DNA of 64,000 bases, taken from the IMG/VR virus record IMGVR_UViG_3300009151_000055, positions 1-64,000 of that record. One strand, given 5' to 3'. The stretch comes from an uncultured virus (IMG/VR IMGVR_UViG_3300009151_000055). Its lineage: Duplodnaviria > Heunggongvirae > Uroviricota > Caudoviricetes. Position numbers and translations under genes: made by a program. A model generated the notes under the pieces. That model saw only the letters and a list, made by a program, of their open reading frames with translations, had not been told where the DNA came from and made no database searches. Of the stretch, positions 1-8,389 are shown in pieces. The first letter of the stretch is position 1. Every line of letters starts with the position of its first letter.

Positions 1-252
1 TTCTTTTTAGGAATATGGAACAAGAGGAAAAAGCATGAATGTGAAAACTGTGGAGAGTGGCTTGGAAAAGAGCCACTCTCTTACATGTTTGATCATCTTC
101 TAGAGAAGAAGTCTCATCCAGAGTTAAGATTGGAAGAAGAAAACATAATGTTAGTGTGTTTGAAATGTCATGATGAAAAAACTAGAGGATTCGCTAGTGA
201 TTATGTTAAAAACAGAATAAATATTGTAAAACAGAAATATGAGGGAACCTAA
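1..252 (+). CDS. HNH/NinG-like zinc-binding endonuclease, 5'-truncated (absent from ORF track)
   Basis: Frame 1 is open from base 1 to TAA at 250-252: ...ECENCGEWLG...FDHLLEK...EENIMLVCLKCHDEKT..., a CxxC...H...N...CxxCH pattern. Confidence 0.7.
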   Translation, partial: FFLGIWNKRKKHECENCGEWLGKEPLSYMFDHLLEKKSHPELRLEEENIMLVCLKCHDEKTRGFASDYVKNRINIVKQKYEGT

Positions 253-889
253 CAGAGAACGAAAGAATGAAATTAAGTACAAAGTTACATTAAACGAAGA
301 ACAGAGAGAAGCTAAAAATTTAATCATTGACAATCAAATTGTTGTTATTACAGGAAGAGCTGGCTGTGGTAAATCATTAGTAGGAATTCAAGCAGCTTTA
401 GATTTTCTTAATAAAAAAATGTGTGATAGAATATTAATTACACGAACTCTTGTTGAGGTGGGAGATAGTATGGGTTTTCTTCCTGGAAACATTGATGATA
501 AAATGAATCCTTATTTAGAAGCTGCTTTGGAAAATTTTGAAAAATGTATGGATAAACAAAAAATCCAAGACTATATAGTAGCAGGAAAAATAAAAGGAGG
601 ACCAATTAATTTTATTAGAGGGAAAACTATTGATGATGTATTAATTTTAGAAGAAGCTCAGAATGTAACCAGACACAGAATGGAAGCACTTTTAACTAGA
701 TTGGGTAAAGTTGGAAAAATCATTATTAATGGAGATCTTTCTCAACGAGACATTAAAGATGGTTATACTGGTTTAGATTTTGTTATAGAATTATCTAAAC
801 ATATTCCTGAAATTAAATGGATTAAATTAAAAGAAAATCATCGTTCTGATCTTGTAGGAAAAATATTAGATCACATTTATGGAAAATAA
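239..889 (+). CDS. phoH: PhoH-like ATPase
   Basis: Walker A GRAGCGKS, MGFLPG, FIRGKT, ILEEAQN, LTRLG, GDLSQRD and NHRS motifs of the PhoH family. Confidence 0.92.
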   Translation: MREPNRERKNEIKYKVTLNEEQREAKNLIIDNQIVVITGRAGCGKSLVGIQAALDFLNKKMCDRILITRTLVEVGDSMGFLPGNIDDKMNPYLEAALENFEKCMDKQKIQDYIVAGKIKGGPINFIRGKTIDDVLILEEAQNVTRHRMEALLTRLGKVGKIIINGDLSQRDIKDGYTGLDFVIELSKHIPEIKWIKLKENHRSDLVGKILDHIYGK

Positions 890-900
890 ATCAAACAAAT

Positions 901-1200
901 ATGAACCAATTTTTTTACACACGACAAGAAGTCGTAGGAGGAACACCAGAAGCTCCTGAATTTAAAACCTTCACAGACAGTTTTAATGTTAACAAAGTGA
1001 TTAGAACTATTTCTCTTGAAGATGATAGAGTGTTAGTGTTATTAGATGATTTGCACGAAAGATCACAAGACGTAGAAGATGTAGATGTTAAAACAGGAAG
1101 AGTGAGAGGATTGAAAAGACAACGTAACATGTTTCAATCAGAAATCTATCTTTCTTCTACAGATGGAGAAAGATTTTTTAAAGCTTTAAATATTGAATAA
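901..1200 (+). CDS. hypothetical phage protein
   Basis: 99-aa ORF tightly packed between phoH and the next gene. Confidence 0.7.
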   Translation: MNQFFYTRQEVVGGTPEAPEFKTFTDSFNVNKVIRTISLEDDRVLVLLDDLHERSQDVEDVDVKTGRVRGLKRQRNMFQSEIYLSSTDGERFFKALNIE

Positions 1201-2069
1201 TGAAAATAATAAAAGCTACGTATGGTGATGTAGACTGTACAGATGTAATGCAAAAAAGAATGAAGAATAATATATTAATCACTCATTCTAATAATAACAT
1301 AATAGGAGATCCTTCTACAGGAACTGTAAAATATCTTAATGTAGAAATAGAACATGATGAAAAAATTCACAACTTGTCTATAAGAGAGGGAGATCTTCTT
1401 GTTTTTCCACTTTCTACAAAAAACAAACTTGGAATATTTTATTCTAACAACAACACTCCTGAAATATATCCTGCAATAAGAGCTTCATTGGCATCAATTA
1501 AAAAAGCAGCAGAAGGAAAAGCTGACATATTAACTTGTATGTGGCAACACGAGCCAGAAAATCCTTTTGTAGAATATATAGCTTGGACAAAAACTTCTTC
1601 TCATTTAAATCAATTGTTGCAAATTATGCAGCTCTTATATGCTGCTAGAGAAATTCATAATTATGAATATGTTTCTTTTTTAGAACATGATGTTCTCTAT
1701 CCAGAAGGATATTTTGACTATCCAGAATTTAATAATGGTGAAGTGATCACTAACATGAACTACATGGGAATTAATAAAATGGGATGGCAAGACAAGACAG
1801 CAGACCATGAGCCATTTCATCAAATGACTATGAAGTTTGCTGATGCAATTACACATTGTGAAGAAATTCTTGCAAATGCTCTTATTACAAACAGTGGAAT
1901 GATTGAGCCTCAGTACATAAAGAGAAGAAAATGGAAATGTATAAATCCAGCCGTGCACATAAATCATGGCAAACATTTCACATCACACTACAGTATATAT
2001 AACACTCATGATTTATATTTAAATCAAGACTATTGGGGAAATCACTCTGATTATCTACACTTATTATAA
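1200..2069 (+). CDS. putative GT-A glycosyltransferase with N-terminal lectin-like (KIIKATYG) module
   Basis: N-terminus resembles galactose-lectin/DUF3395-type modules (A-x-YG...GDP...G..KYL); C-terminal half has YVSFLEHDVLYP (DxD-like) and a late HINHGKH. Confidence 0.55.
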   Translation: MKIIKATYGDVDCTDVMQKRMKNNILITHSNNNIIGDPSTGTVKYLNVEIEHDEKIHNLSIREGDLLVFPLSTKNKLGIFYSNNNTPEIYPAIRASLASIKKAAEGKADILTCMWQHEPENPFVEYIAWTKTSSHLNQLLQIMQLLYAAREIHNYEYVSFLEHDVLYPEGYFDYPEFNNGEVITNMNYMGINKMGWQDKTADHEPFHQMTMKFADAITHCEEILANALITNSGMIEPQYIKRRKWKCINPAVHINHGKHFTSHYSIYNTHDLYLNQDYWGNHSDYLHLL

Positions 2070-2070
2070 C

Positions 2071-2101
2071 AAAAATCCCCTCGTAATTGAGGGGATTCTT
2101 T
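2071..2101. terminator. bidirectional rho-independent terminator between convergent blocks
   Basis: aaaaATCCCCTC-gtaatt-GAGGGGATtcttt hairpin, A-run on the left and T-rich on the right, between convergent stop codons. Confidence 0.85.
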
Positions 2102-2252
2102 ATTTAGAAAGTCTTTTCTTTTTTAACAATTGCATGGGAGAGGTTCGTGATGATTTATCGTCTGTGGTTTTTGTCTCTGAGAATGGTTTATTCTTCTTAG
2201 GAATAGCCACCTTTGGAGCTTTGTTCTTCTTGTTTGTTTTTCCGTATGTCAT
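2100..2252 (-). CDS. small basic protein, 50 aa (not in ORF track)
   Basis: MTYGKTNKKNKAPKVAIPKK...MQLLKKKRLSK*; TAATG coupling to the upstream gene. Confidence 0.65.
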   Translation of the reverse strand: MTYGKTNKKNKAPKVAIPKKNKPFSETKTTDDKSSRTSPMQLLKKKRLSK

Positions 2253-2671
2253 TAGTAACAACCCATTTTACATTTCTTCATTGTGCCACCAGTCTTCATT
2301 GTCTTCTTAGGAGACTTGATAACACCACGTCCAACTAATACATCAGCTTTGGTGATTTTACCATCTTTGTTAAGATCAGGAAATGATCCACCTGCTTTAG
2401 CTTTCTTCATTGTTCCACCCTTCTTCATCATTGAATTAGCAGGAGGTGTAGCAGGTTTGTTATTGTTCTTAATCATGTCAATACCCATTCCTATTGGTCC
2501 TTTTAATAAATTTTGACCAAAATTAGCCTTAGGCATCTTACCACCTATTTTCATCATAGGAGCTTCTTGTTGAGGAGCTTGCATAGGCATTTTAGGGGCA
2601 GGCTTTGCCATCATTTTAGGAGCAGCTTTCTTAACCATTTTCTTAGCTGCTGATTTCTTAACAGTTTTCAT
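2252..2671 (-). CDS. Lys/Met-rich basic protein with MKxGG repeats and an EF-hand-like DLNKDGKIT motif
   Basis: Likely start MKTVKKSAAKK at 2671 (the ORF-track start overlaps the upstream gene); MKIGG, MKKGG, AKAGG, MKTGG. Confidence 0.75.
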   Translation of the reverse strand: MKTVKKSAAKKMVKKAAPKMMAKPAPKMPMQAPQQEAPMMKIGGKMPKANFGQNLLKGPIGMGIDMIKNNNKPATPPANSMMKKGGTMKKAKAGGSFPDLNKDGKITKADVLVGRGVIKSPKKTMKTGGTMKKCKMGCY

Positions 2672-2690
2672 AATTATTATTATTTGTTTT

Positions 2691-2957
2691 TTAGCACTTC
2701 CATTTACGAAGACTTTTGTTAATTCTGCTGTTAGGATCATTAGCAGTTTTAGAACTTGTAAGCTTCTTCTTCATTCCTGACATTCTACTACAAAATGATT
2801 TCTTTCTTGGACCACCCTCTGGTTGTGGGGGTTTTAAATGTCCTCCTGTAGCTTTGTTGTAAGAAGCTCTTCCTTTAGCATTCAATCCTCCTGATTTTGA
2901 TTTACCTTCAGAGCGGGTCCATGCAGGTGTTTTGTGTGTTTTTTTAACAGTTGCCAT
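2691..2957 (-). CDS. small basic phage protein, DUF6321-like
   Basis: GGLNAKGRASY...RKKSFCSRMSGM...SLRKWKC pattern. Confidence 0.7.
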   Translation of the reverse strand: MATVKKTHKTPAWTRSEGKSKSGGLNAKGRASYNKATGGHLKPPQPEGGPRKKSFCSRMSGMKKKLTSSKTANDPNSRINKSLRKWKC

Positions 2958-2958
2958 G

Positions 2959-3270
2959 TTATTTCTTTTTGTAAGGATGTTCTTTGTGCCACTTCTTAAC
3001 AGAAGCCACTCCTTGTTTAATAGTTTTAGCTTTTGATTTTTGTGTGAGGTCTATAGTGTCCCATTTTCCTTTGTCTTTTGTGGGATGGTTCACCATAATA
3101 TCACCTTTCTTACCCTTGCCTATTCCTGTAGCACTTGTTTTTTTATATACAACATGCTTCTCACCACCTGCACTCACTTTTACATTTCCTCCGTTCTTTA
3201 GAACACCTTTACCTACATAGGCTTCAGCTTTCTGTGGATTCCAAGGACCAGACTTCTTAATGTAAGCCAT
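2959..3270 (-). CDS. small basic protein
   Basis: 103 aa, Lys-rich, contains LKNGG. Confidence 0.75.
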   Translation of the reverse strand: MAYIKKSGPWNPQKAEAYVGKGVLKNGGNVKVSAGGEKHVVYKKTSATGIGKGKKGDIMVNHPTKDKGKWDTIDLTQKSKAKTIKQGVASVKKWHKEHPYKKK

Positions 3271-3272
3271 TA

Positions 3273-3422
3273 TTATTTCTTTTTAGCTTTTGCTTTTATT
3301 TTCTTCTCTTGTGTTAACATAGCTTTTGTGGGCTTCTTTCCACTGCCTTTGTTTTCACGAATAGAATCCCAAAGACCATGTTGAGATGTAGAACCATCTG
3401 CCCTCTTAATCATCTTTTTCAT
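3273..3422 (-). CDS. small basic protein, 49 aa (not in ORF track)
   Basis: MKKMIKRADGSTSQHGLWDSIRENKGSGKKPTKAMLTQEKKIKAKAKKK*. Confidence 0.7.
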   Translation of the reverse strand: MKKMIKRADGSTSQHGLWDSIRENKGSGKKPTKAMLTQEKKIKAKAKKK

Positions 3423-3547
3423 TTTTGTTTCTTTATGGGTTTTATTTTGGAGAGTTTTCTCTTTTGTTTTTTCATAAAGTTTTCTTCTTTAGGAGAAACC
3501 ATAGATTTTTTAACATCGCTCCAAACGTCTGTTATTTTCTTTTTCAT
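3419..3547 (-). CDS. small basic protein, 42 aa (not in ORF track)
   Basis: MKKKITDVWSDVKKSMVSPKEENFMKKQKRKLSKIKPIKKQK*; ATGA overlap with the downstream gene. Confidence 0.55.
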   Translation of the reverse strand: MKKKITDVWSDVKKSMVSPKEENFMKKQKRKLSKIKPIKKQK

Positions 3548-3711
3548 TATTTTCCTTTTCTTGCTCTTCCCATGGCTTTGAATGTTTTAGCTAAATTATA
3601 ACGCTTAGATCCTGGAGGACAAGTTTTAGATCCAAACTTAGATCCTGTACAAGGTTTATCTGTACGCATAGTTTTGACTGCCTTCTGTATCCACTTTTTG
3701 TCTGTTGCCAT
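3547..3711 (-). CDS. small basic protein, 54 aa (not in ORF track)
   Basis: MATDKKWIQKAVKTMRTDKPCTGSKFGSKTCPPGSKRYNLAKTFKAM...; TAATG coupling. Confidence 0.7.
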   Translation of the reverse strand: MATDKKWIQKAVKTMRTDKPCTGSKFGSKTCPPGSKRYNLAKTFKAMGRARKGK

Positions 3712-3712
3712 G

Positions 3713-3874
3713 TTATTTCTTTTTAGACATTTTAGACATTTTTGTAGACATTTTCTTATTAGCTAATGTTCTCTTTTGCACTTTTGTGAATGCTCCTTTT
3801 GGATCTACTAATGGAGCTTTAGGAGATTTGCTTGCAACACCACCTGCTTGAAATTGCTTTATTGCTTTTTTCAT
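3713..3874 (-). CDS. small basic protein, 53 aa (not in ORF track)
   Basis: MKKAIKQFQAGGVASKSPKAPLVDPKGAFTKVQKRTL...KKK*. Confidence 0.7.
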   Translation of the reverse strand: MKKAIKQFQAGGVASKSPKAPLVDPKGAFTKVQKRTLANKKMSTKMSKMSKKK

Positions 3875-3915
3875 TATAATTTAATTTAAAATTGTTTTCA
3901 TAGGATATGGACTTT

Positions 3916-4170
3916 CTATAGAGATTCCTCTATAATGCCATTTTCTACGTTCTTCTGTAGAATGGCATCGATTTGTTTGTTGGCTTCGAGGATGGCTAAT
4001 ACATTCTTTGCTTCTGGAGTGTTTAGGAACGCTCTGGTGGCATTTAGTATTGAACCAAACTGATTGCCTGTGATTTCAAATACATCCTCTGGTTTCCACT
4101 TGTAATTCTTGTTAGCATCATAAACTTGCTTAACACTACTTGTTGTGTTGTCGTCTTTCACTAGTTTCAT
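3916..4170 (-). CDS. hypothetical protein
   Basis: 84-aa ORF with ATGA overlap to the upstream gene. Confidence 0.7.
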   Translation of the reverse strand: MKLVKDDNTTSSVKQVYDANKNYKWKPEDVFEITGNQFGSILNATRAFLNTPEAKNVLAILEANKQIDAILQKNVENGIIEESL

Positions 4171-4454
4171 AATTGTTGGTTGATTTTGAAAAAAATTGTA
4201 CTTGATGTTTTTATACTCTTAGAGAATATCAGCTCTATTCCTAATAGATTGTGGAATTTTAATAATTCCTCTATTAGCATGTTATTGTATTTTGGAAGAG
4301 AAGGAGCTAGTCTAAAGTTGTAAGAATCTGTGTTCTTAATAATTTCTAATGTAGACAATTCGTCTACAGAATCTATCACTGCCTCAAGATAGGCAAAATA
4401 AATCATTTCATTATCTTGTAATATCTTTGGGAAGTATTTAGTGCTTATTTGCAT
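4167..4454 (-). CDS. hypothetical protein
   Basis: 95-aa ORF translationally coupled on both sides. Confidence 0.7.
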   Translation of the reverse strand: MQISTKYFPKILQDNEMIYFAYLEAVIDSVDELSTLEIIKNTDSYNFRLAPSLPKYNNMLIEELLKFHNLLGIELIFSKSIKTSSTIFFKINQQL

Positions 4455-4873
4455 TAAGATAGAGTTAATCTGTATTTGGTTTGAGCAGCAAGTCCAGAAA
4501 GAGATTGTGCTACATTTTCTATGTCAGGCATGTTATTTGCAGAGCCAAAGAGTTCTAGTTGTTTTGCAAATGATATTAAATCATTTACCACTTGTTCAGA
4601 TATTCCTATAGAATAGTCTTTGATGGGTTCTACAGGCATAGCTTTTGTTCTTATTCCTGAATAGCCCATTATCTTTTCTACAATTTCATCTTTGAAATCA
4701 AAAACACCATCATAGAGTTTTCCTAATGCGTCGTGTTCTGCAAATCCTTTTGTCTGCCAATGCAATTCATGCACTTGAAGCTCAAAGTAATTAAGCTTTG
4801 CTTTTATCTTATCTAGAGAAAGGGAATTGTTCATTCCCTCTCCTAGCATTTCTTTTGGAAATATTGATTTCAT
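4454..4873 (-). CDS. ferritin/Dps-like protein (DUF5856-type)
   Basis: HELHWQTKGFAEHDALGKLYD...DEIVEKIMG ferroxidase-like pattern. Confidence 0.75.
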   Translation of the reverse strand: MKSIFPKEMLGEGMNNSLSLDKIKAKLNYFELQVHELHWQTKGFAEHDALGKLYDGVFDFKDEIVEKIMGYSGIRTKAMPVEPIKDYSIGISEQVVNDLISFAKQLELFGSANNMPDIENVAQSLSGLAAQTKYRLTLS

Positions 4874-4883
4874 TTTTTATTTT

Positions 4884-5285
4884 TTACGCTATAGAGAACG
4901 ATAAAGTGGCTCCATAACACAATGTACTTGCTACAGATGTGTTCACTACAAAATTTACAGTTGCTCCATCAGGAGATGTAAATACACCTAAATATCCTGC
5001 AGAAGTGTTTAATGCTGCTAACAATGTCACCATGTTAGTGGATGCTGTATTTGTATTTACAACAATAGATTTTCCACTAGAGCACGTTAATGTCAAATCA
5101 ACATTTGCAATAGTTAAGCTACCAGGAGTGTAATTAATACCTATGCCATCACAACAATAGTTTGAAGACACTTGCTTCCAATTGCCCACTTTAGGCTTGT
5201 TTTTTCTAAGAATGAGAGAACCAGGAACGATTCTTTCTGATCCATCATATCTAACGAACGCTTTTAATTTGTTGTCTAATTGCAT
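4884..5285 (-). CDS. putative virion decoration/fibre-associated protein
   Basis: Likely start MQLDNKLKAFVRYDGSERIVPGSLILRKNKPKVGNW...YCC, followed by a Thr/Ser/Val beta-rich domain. Confidence 0.6.
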   Translation of the reverse strand: MQLDNKLKAFVRYDGSERIVPGSLILRKNKPKVGNWKQVSSNYCCDGIGINYTPGSLTIANVDLTLTCSSGKSIVVNTNTASTNMVTLLAALNTSAGYLGVFTSPDGATVNFVVNTSVASTLCYGATLSFSIA

Positions 5286-5290
5286 TTTAT

Positions 5291-6301
5291 TTATTTTAAA
5301 TTGTATTTGTTTTTCAATTCTACCAACTGACTGACATAATAATGTGTACAATACTTCTTACTCTCTTCGTTGTTATACACCTCATCTAAATCACTGAATG
5401 GAGAGACACCATGTATATATTTTCCTTTATAGAATGCTTTGTAATGTCCCATATCTGTATTGGATATTCCTGCATTATGAAACAGTCCTATAGAATCCAT
5501 TCTTGATATATGGTCAGTTGCCCATGCAAAGTCCATTTCTTTCACCACTTGTGTTGTGTATCCTTTATACCAAAGGTTCCACAAGACAGCCCACATGTCA
5601 GCACACCAACTTTGAAATCCTTTGTTCTCACTCTCAAAGAATTGTCCGTTAATGTTTAACAAAAATCTTCTAATAAGAATACAATCACTAAACACTTTCT
5701 GCCAAAACTTATAATCTATGTTCTTCAGAAGATATTGTGCTCCTCCTGAATGTAAATTATTTGCTTCAGCTATTTGTCTATTTATTCCTATAAGAGATGT
5801 GAGTTCGTTTAATACGTCTCTTGTGTTGTATAGTTCTTGTTTGTCCTGTAGAACATCATTTTTCTTGCTATCAAAATATGAAGCGTTTATGTAAGAGTTT
5901 GTGTCAGACAGATAACACACATCATCATTTATGTAAGCATCGATGTTGAAATTCTCTGTAAACACAATGTCACAATCACAATAGAAAATGGCTTTGTCTT
6001 TCATCTCTGGATGATCTTTGAACCATCTCATTAATGTGTAAGGACGCAACACTGGAATATAAATTGGAATAAAGTCTGATACACCATCTTCATCTCTATA
6101 GAAACCAAATGTTGCTTCTGGATAGAGTTCTTTTAATTCGTCCCATTCTGTATTGTATTGCCTTTCTGCGGGAGTGTAAACTAATACAATAGCTTGTTCA
6201 CTCTTTCCTATTTTCTTAAGACTCTCTAGCCATAGATGTGTTTGCCATTTATAATACGAATCATCTGGCTGCGAGCACAAAAACTTTAATTCTTTAATCA
6301 T
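5291..6301 (-). CDS. putative peptidyl Ser/Thr/Hyp O-glycosyltransferase (GT95/GT96-like, GT-A fold)
   Basis: Ordered motifs YYKWQ, Y-x-P-x-LRPY...W...HP, FYCDCDIVF (DxD), GGAQY and WCADMW parallel the WQ / N[KR]P / DxD / WxxEMY motifs of plant HPAT and SERGT1 enzymes. Confidence 0.6.
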   Translation of the reverse strand: MIKELKFLCSQPDDSYYKWQTHLWLESLKKIGKSEQAIVLVYTPAERQYNTEWDELKELYPEATFGFYRDEDGVSDFIPIYIPVLRPYTLMRWFKDHPEMKDKAIFYCDCDIVFTENFNIDAYINDDVCYLSDTNSYINASYFDSKKNDVLQDKQELYNTRDVLNELTSLIGINRQIAEANNLHSGGAQYLLKNIDYKFWQKVFSDCILIRRFLLNINGQFFESENKGFQSWCADMWAVLWNLWYKGYTTQVVKEMDFAWATDHISRMDSIGLFHNAGISNTDMGHYKAFYKGKYIHGVSPFSDLDEVYNNEESKKYCTHYYVSQLVELKNKYNLK

Positions 6302-6888
6302 ACTGTTGTTGGTTTAAATCTATCATCTCTTTTTATAATTGCTGTTGTATTAGATTTCCAAGTATTTCCATAAATAATTGCTCTAATTGAACTTACACTT
6401 ATTTTTGTTATATTAGAAACTTCAGCAATAGTTTTACCAGAGTTATATAACTCTTTTAATAAAGTTACATCTTTATCTTTAATTTTTGCTTTAACATTGT
6501 TCTCACCAGCTCTACTAGGTTGTAATCCTAATTTATAAGCATGTAGTTGATTTTCTGAATTATCAACCCATTGAAGATTGTCTACTCTATTGTTTAACTT
6601 ATTACCATCTATATGATTGACTTGTGGTTTGTTTTCATTTGGTAAAAAAGCTTTAGCAATCAATCTATGTATTATTTTAAAAATGTGCTTAGAATTTTTA
6701 TACAATCTTACTTCTAAATATCCTTTTTTATTAATATAAGATTTTAGTAATTTACTCTTAATCACTCCACGTCTATTTCCAGATATTCTGTCAATACTTC
6801 TAACATTCCCAAGTGTACTAACTTCATAAGAAGATTCATACCCTGGACAACGCTTCCATGTTTCGCAAATAAATACTAACTCTTTCAT
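6298..6888 (-). CDS. NUMOD4-HNH homing endonuclease
   Basis: ETWKRCPGYESSYEVSTLGNVRS (NUMOD4); IHRLIAKAF...VNHIDGNKLNNRVDNLQW (HNH); C-terminal HTH. Confidence 0.9.
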   Translation of the reverse strand: MKELVFICETWKRCPGYESSYEVSTLGNVRSIDRISGNRRGVIKSKLLKSYINKKGYLEVRLYKNSKHIFKIIHRLIAKAFLPNENKPQVNHIDGNKLNNRVDNLQWVDNSENQLHAYKLGLQPSRAGENNVKAKIKDKDVTLLKELYNSGKTIAEVSNITKISVSSIRAIIYGNTWKSNTTAIIKRDDRFKPTTV

Positions 6889-6911
6889 ATGTAGTTGTTG
6901 GTTTATGTTTG

Positions 6912-7046
6912 TTAAGGTGCTGTCGTAGTGGTGGTGGATGTAGTTGTTGAAGGACTTCCACTCACTTGTATTAATCTTTCCAGCTTGTTGCTAATTTCGT
7001 AGAGAAGATTTGCTTCTTGACTCCAGCCTATTTGTTTACTGATCAT
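6912..7046 (-). CDS. 44-aa Thr-tailed mini-protein sharing its N-terminus with tail fibre 9483..10877 (not in ORF track)
   Basis: MISKQIGWSQEANLLYEISNKLERLIQVSGSPSTTTSTTTTTAP*. Confidence 0.75.
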   Translation of the reverse strand: MISKQIGWSQEANLLYEISNKLERLIQVSGSPSTTTSTTTTTAP

Positions 7047-7070
7047 TTTTATATTTTGTAAAGTGAGAAG

Positions 7071-7613
7071 TTATAATTTTGTAAAATCAGAAATTACCTT
7101 TGCCACTTCTTTAGCAATCTTAACCTTGTTTAATTGGTAGGTGAGCATGTCTGATTTGTTATCAATAAAACACATTTCTATTAATATGTTTTCAGAATTA
7201 GGTCTCATCCATCCTAGAGTTTTTCGTGCTGTAGAAGATTCAGGAATCACACCTCCTTGTCTCTTTTTAAACCCTGTCAATTTACTTATTGTATCAACAA
7301 TTGATTGAGCAAGTCTTTGTTCAAATGCAGAAGATACGTTAGGAATTACCACTTCTACACCTTCTCCACCACCTGCATTAAAATGAATGTCTAATAGAAT
7401 GTCAGAAGGAAGAAACTTCCCCTTTATGAAATCTAATGTTTCTTTTAGAGCATTTGTGTCTGCATCTGTAGACCATTTCACTCCTAGTTTTTGAAGCTCT
7501 AATGTTAATAGATTTCTAAATTCTATTGTAAGATCTCTTTCAATAAATTGTCCTGAAGAAGCACCTTTATCAATTCCGCCATGTCCTGAAGATACAAATA
7601 TTTTTCTTGCCAT
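7071..7613 (-). CDS. endolysin, N-acetylmuramoyl-L-alanine amidase (Amidase_3)
   Basis: SSGHGGIDKGA, E-R-D-L, DIHFNA and ILIEMCFIDN zinc-amidase motifs. Confidence 0.9.
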   Translation of the reverse strand: MARKIFVSSGHGGIDKGASSGQFIERDLTIEFRNLLTLELQKLGVKWSTDADTNALKETLDFIKGKFLPSDILLDIHFNAGGGEGVEVVIPNVSSAFEQRLAQSIVDTISKLTGFKKRQGGVIPESSTARKTLGWMRPNSENILIEMCFIDNKSDMLTYQLNKVKIAKEVAKVISDFTKL

Positions 7614-7617
7614 TATA

Positions 7618-8193
7618 TTATAATTTTATTTTCCACATTGTGTTTATTCCATAGAACGTATGTCCTTTGAAGTCAGTTCCTATTTTTAGTCCATACATGT
7701 TGTCTTTCTTATTCTTCATCATTAGTCCTATAGAAGCAGAAGGAAATGTCTCAACGCTAGAAGTGATGAAATATTCATTCTTCTTCTCAGGAAAAATGGT
7801 TTTTGTAATAGTTGTTTCAGGAATATTTAAATCATAAGAAACACTTGTATGTAATATTTTGTTAGCATAAACAGTGTCTGTCACTGTTACACTTCCATAT
7901 TTTATAGGAAATGGTGTTACATAAATGTTTGTATCATAGTGCTCGTTTCCTAAAGCAATGTATTGTTCTAATAGCTTGGTACAATTTGTATCAGCAGGAT
8001 GTTCTTTCTGCCAGAATGTATCTATTCTGGAATGTTGAAGAATAGGTGTAACTACAATTGTGTCTTTAATTGTATTGTATACAATAATTGTATCTACAGA
8101 AGGTGGGGTGATAGTCTTTCTATCACTTGCACATTTTTGCAAGAAAACAATCATCAATAAGAACGCAATTATTAGATATAATATCTTATTCAT
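7618..8193 (-). CDS. membrane-anchored/lipoprotein lysis accessory (spanin-like)
   Basis: Likely start MNKILYLIIAFLLMIVFLQKC (hydrophobic segment then Cys), DTI repeats, aromatic beta-strand C-terminus; sits between holin and endolysin. Confidence 0.55.
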   Translation of the reverse strand: MNKILYLIIAFLLMIVFLQKCASDRKTITPPSVDTIIVYNTIKDTIVVTPILQHSRIDTFWQKEHPADTNCTKLLEQYIALGNEHYDTNIYVTPFPIKYGSVTVTDTVYANKILHTSVSYDLNIPETTITKTIFPEKKNEYFITSSVETFPSASIGLMMKNKKDNMYGLKIGTDFKGHTFYGINTMWKIKL

Positions 8194-8389
8194 TTGTAGG
8201 AGTTTCTGAAAAGAAGTTAGAGATAATTTTGAAAACAAATCCTAATATAAATATTGTTGTACTTAATATAGGATTGTTATTCATACTAGCATATCCTCCA
8301 GAGAAGACACAAGCTACAATTACAGAATCTGCAAATTTTCTTATGTTCTTAGGAGTGGGTTTCCAATATTCTTCCCAACCAAATTTCAT
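8186..8389 (-). CDS. putative holin
   Basis: Likely start MKFGWEEYWKPTPKNIRKFAD; two hydrophobic segments; lysis cluster. Confidence 0.6.
   Translation of the reverse strand: MKFGWEEYWKPTPKNIRKFADSVIVACVFSGGYASMNNNPILSTTIFILGFVFKIISNFFSETPTNE

Noticed and set aside
6298..6888. HNH genes (also 50150..50584) as group I intron-encoded
   Set aside because: Both abut or overlap intact neighbouring genes with no room for a ribozyme core; they look free-standing
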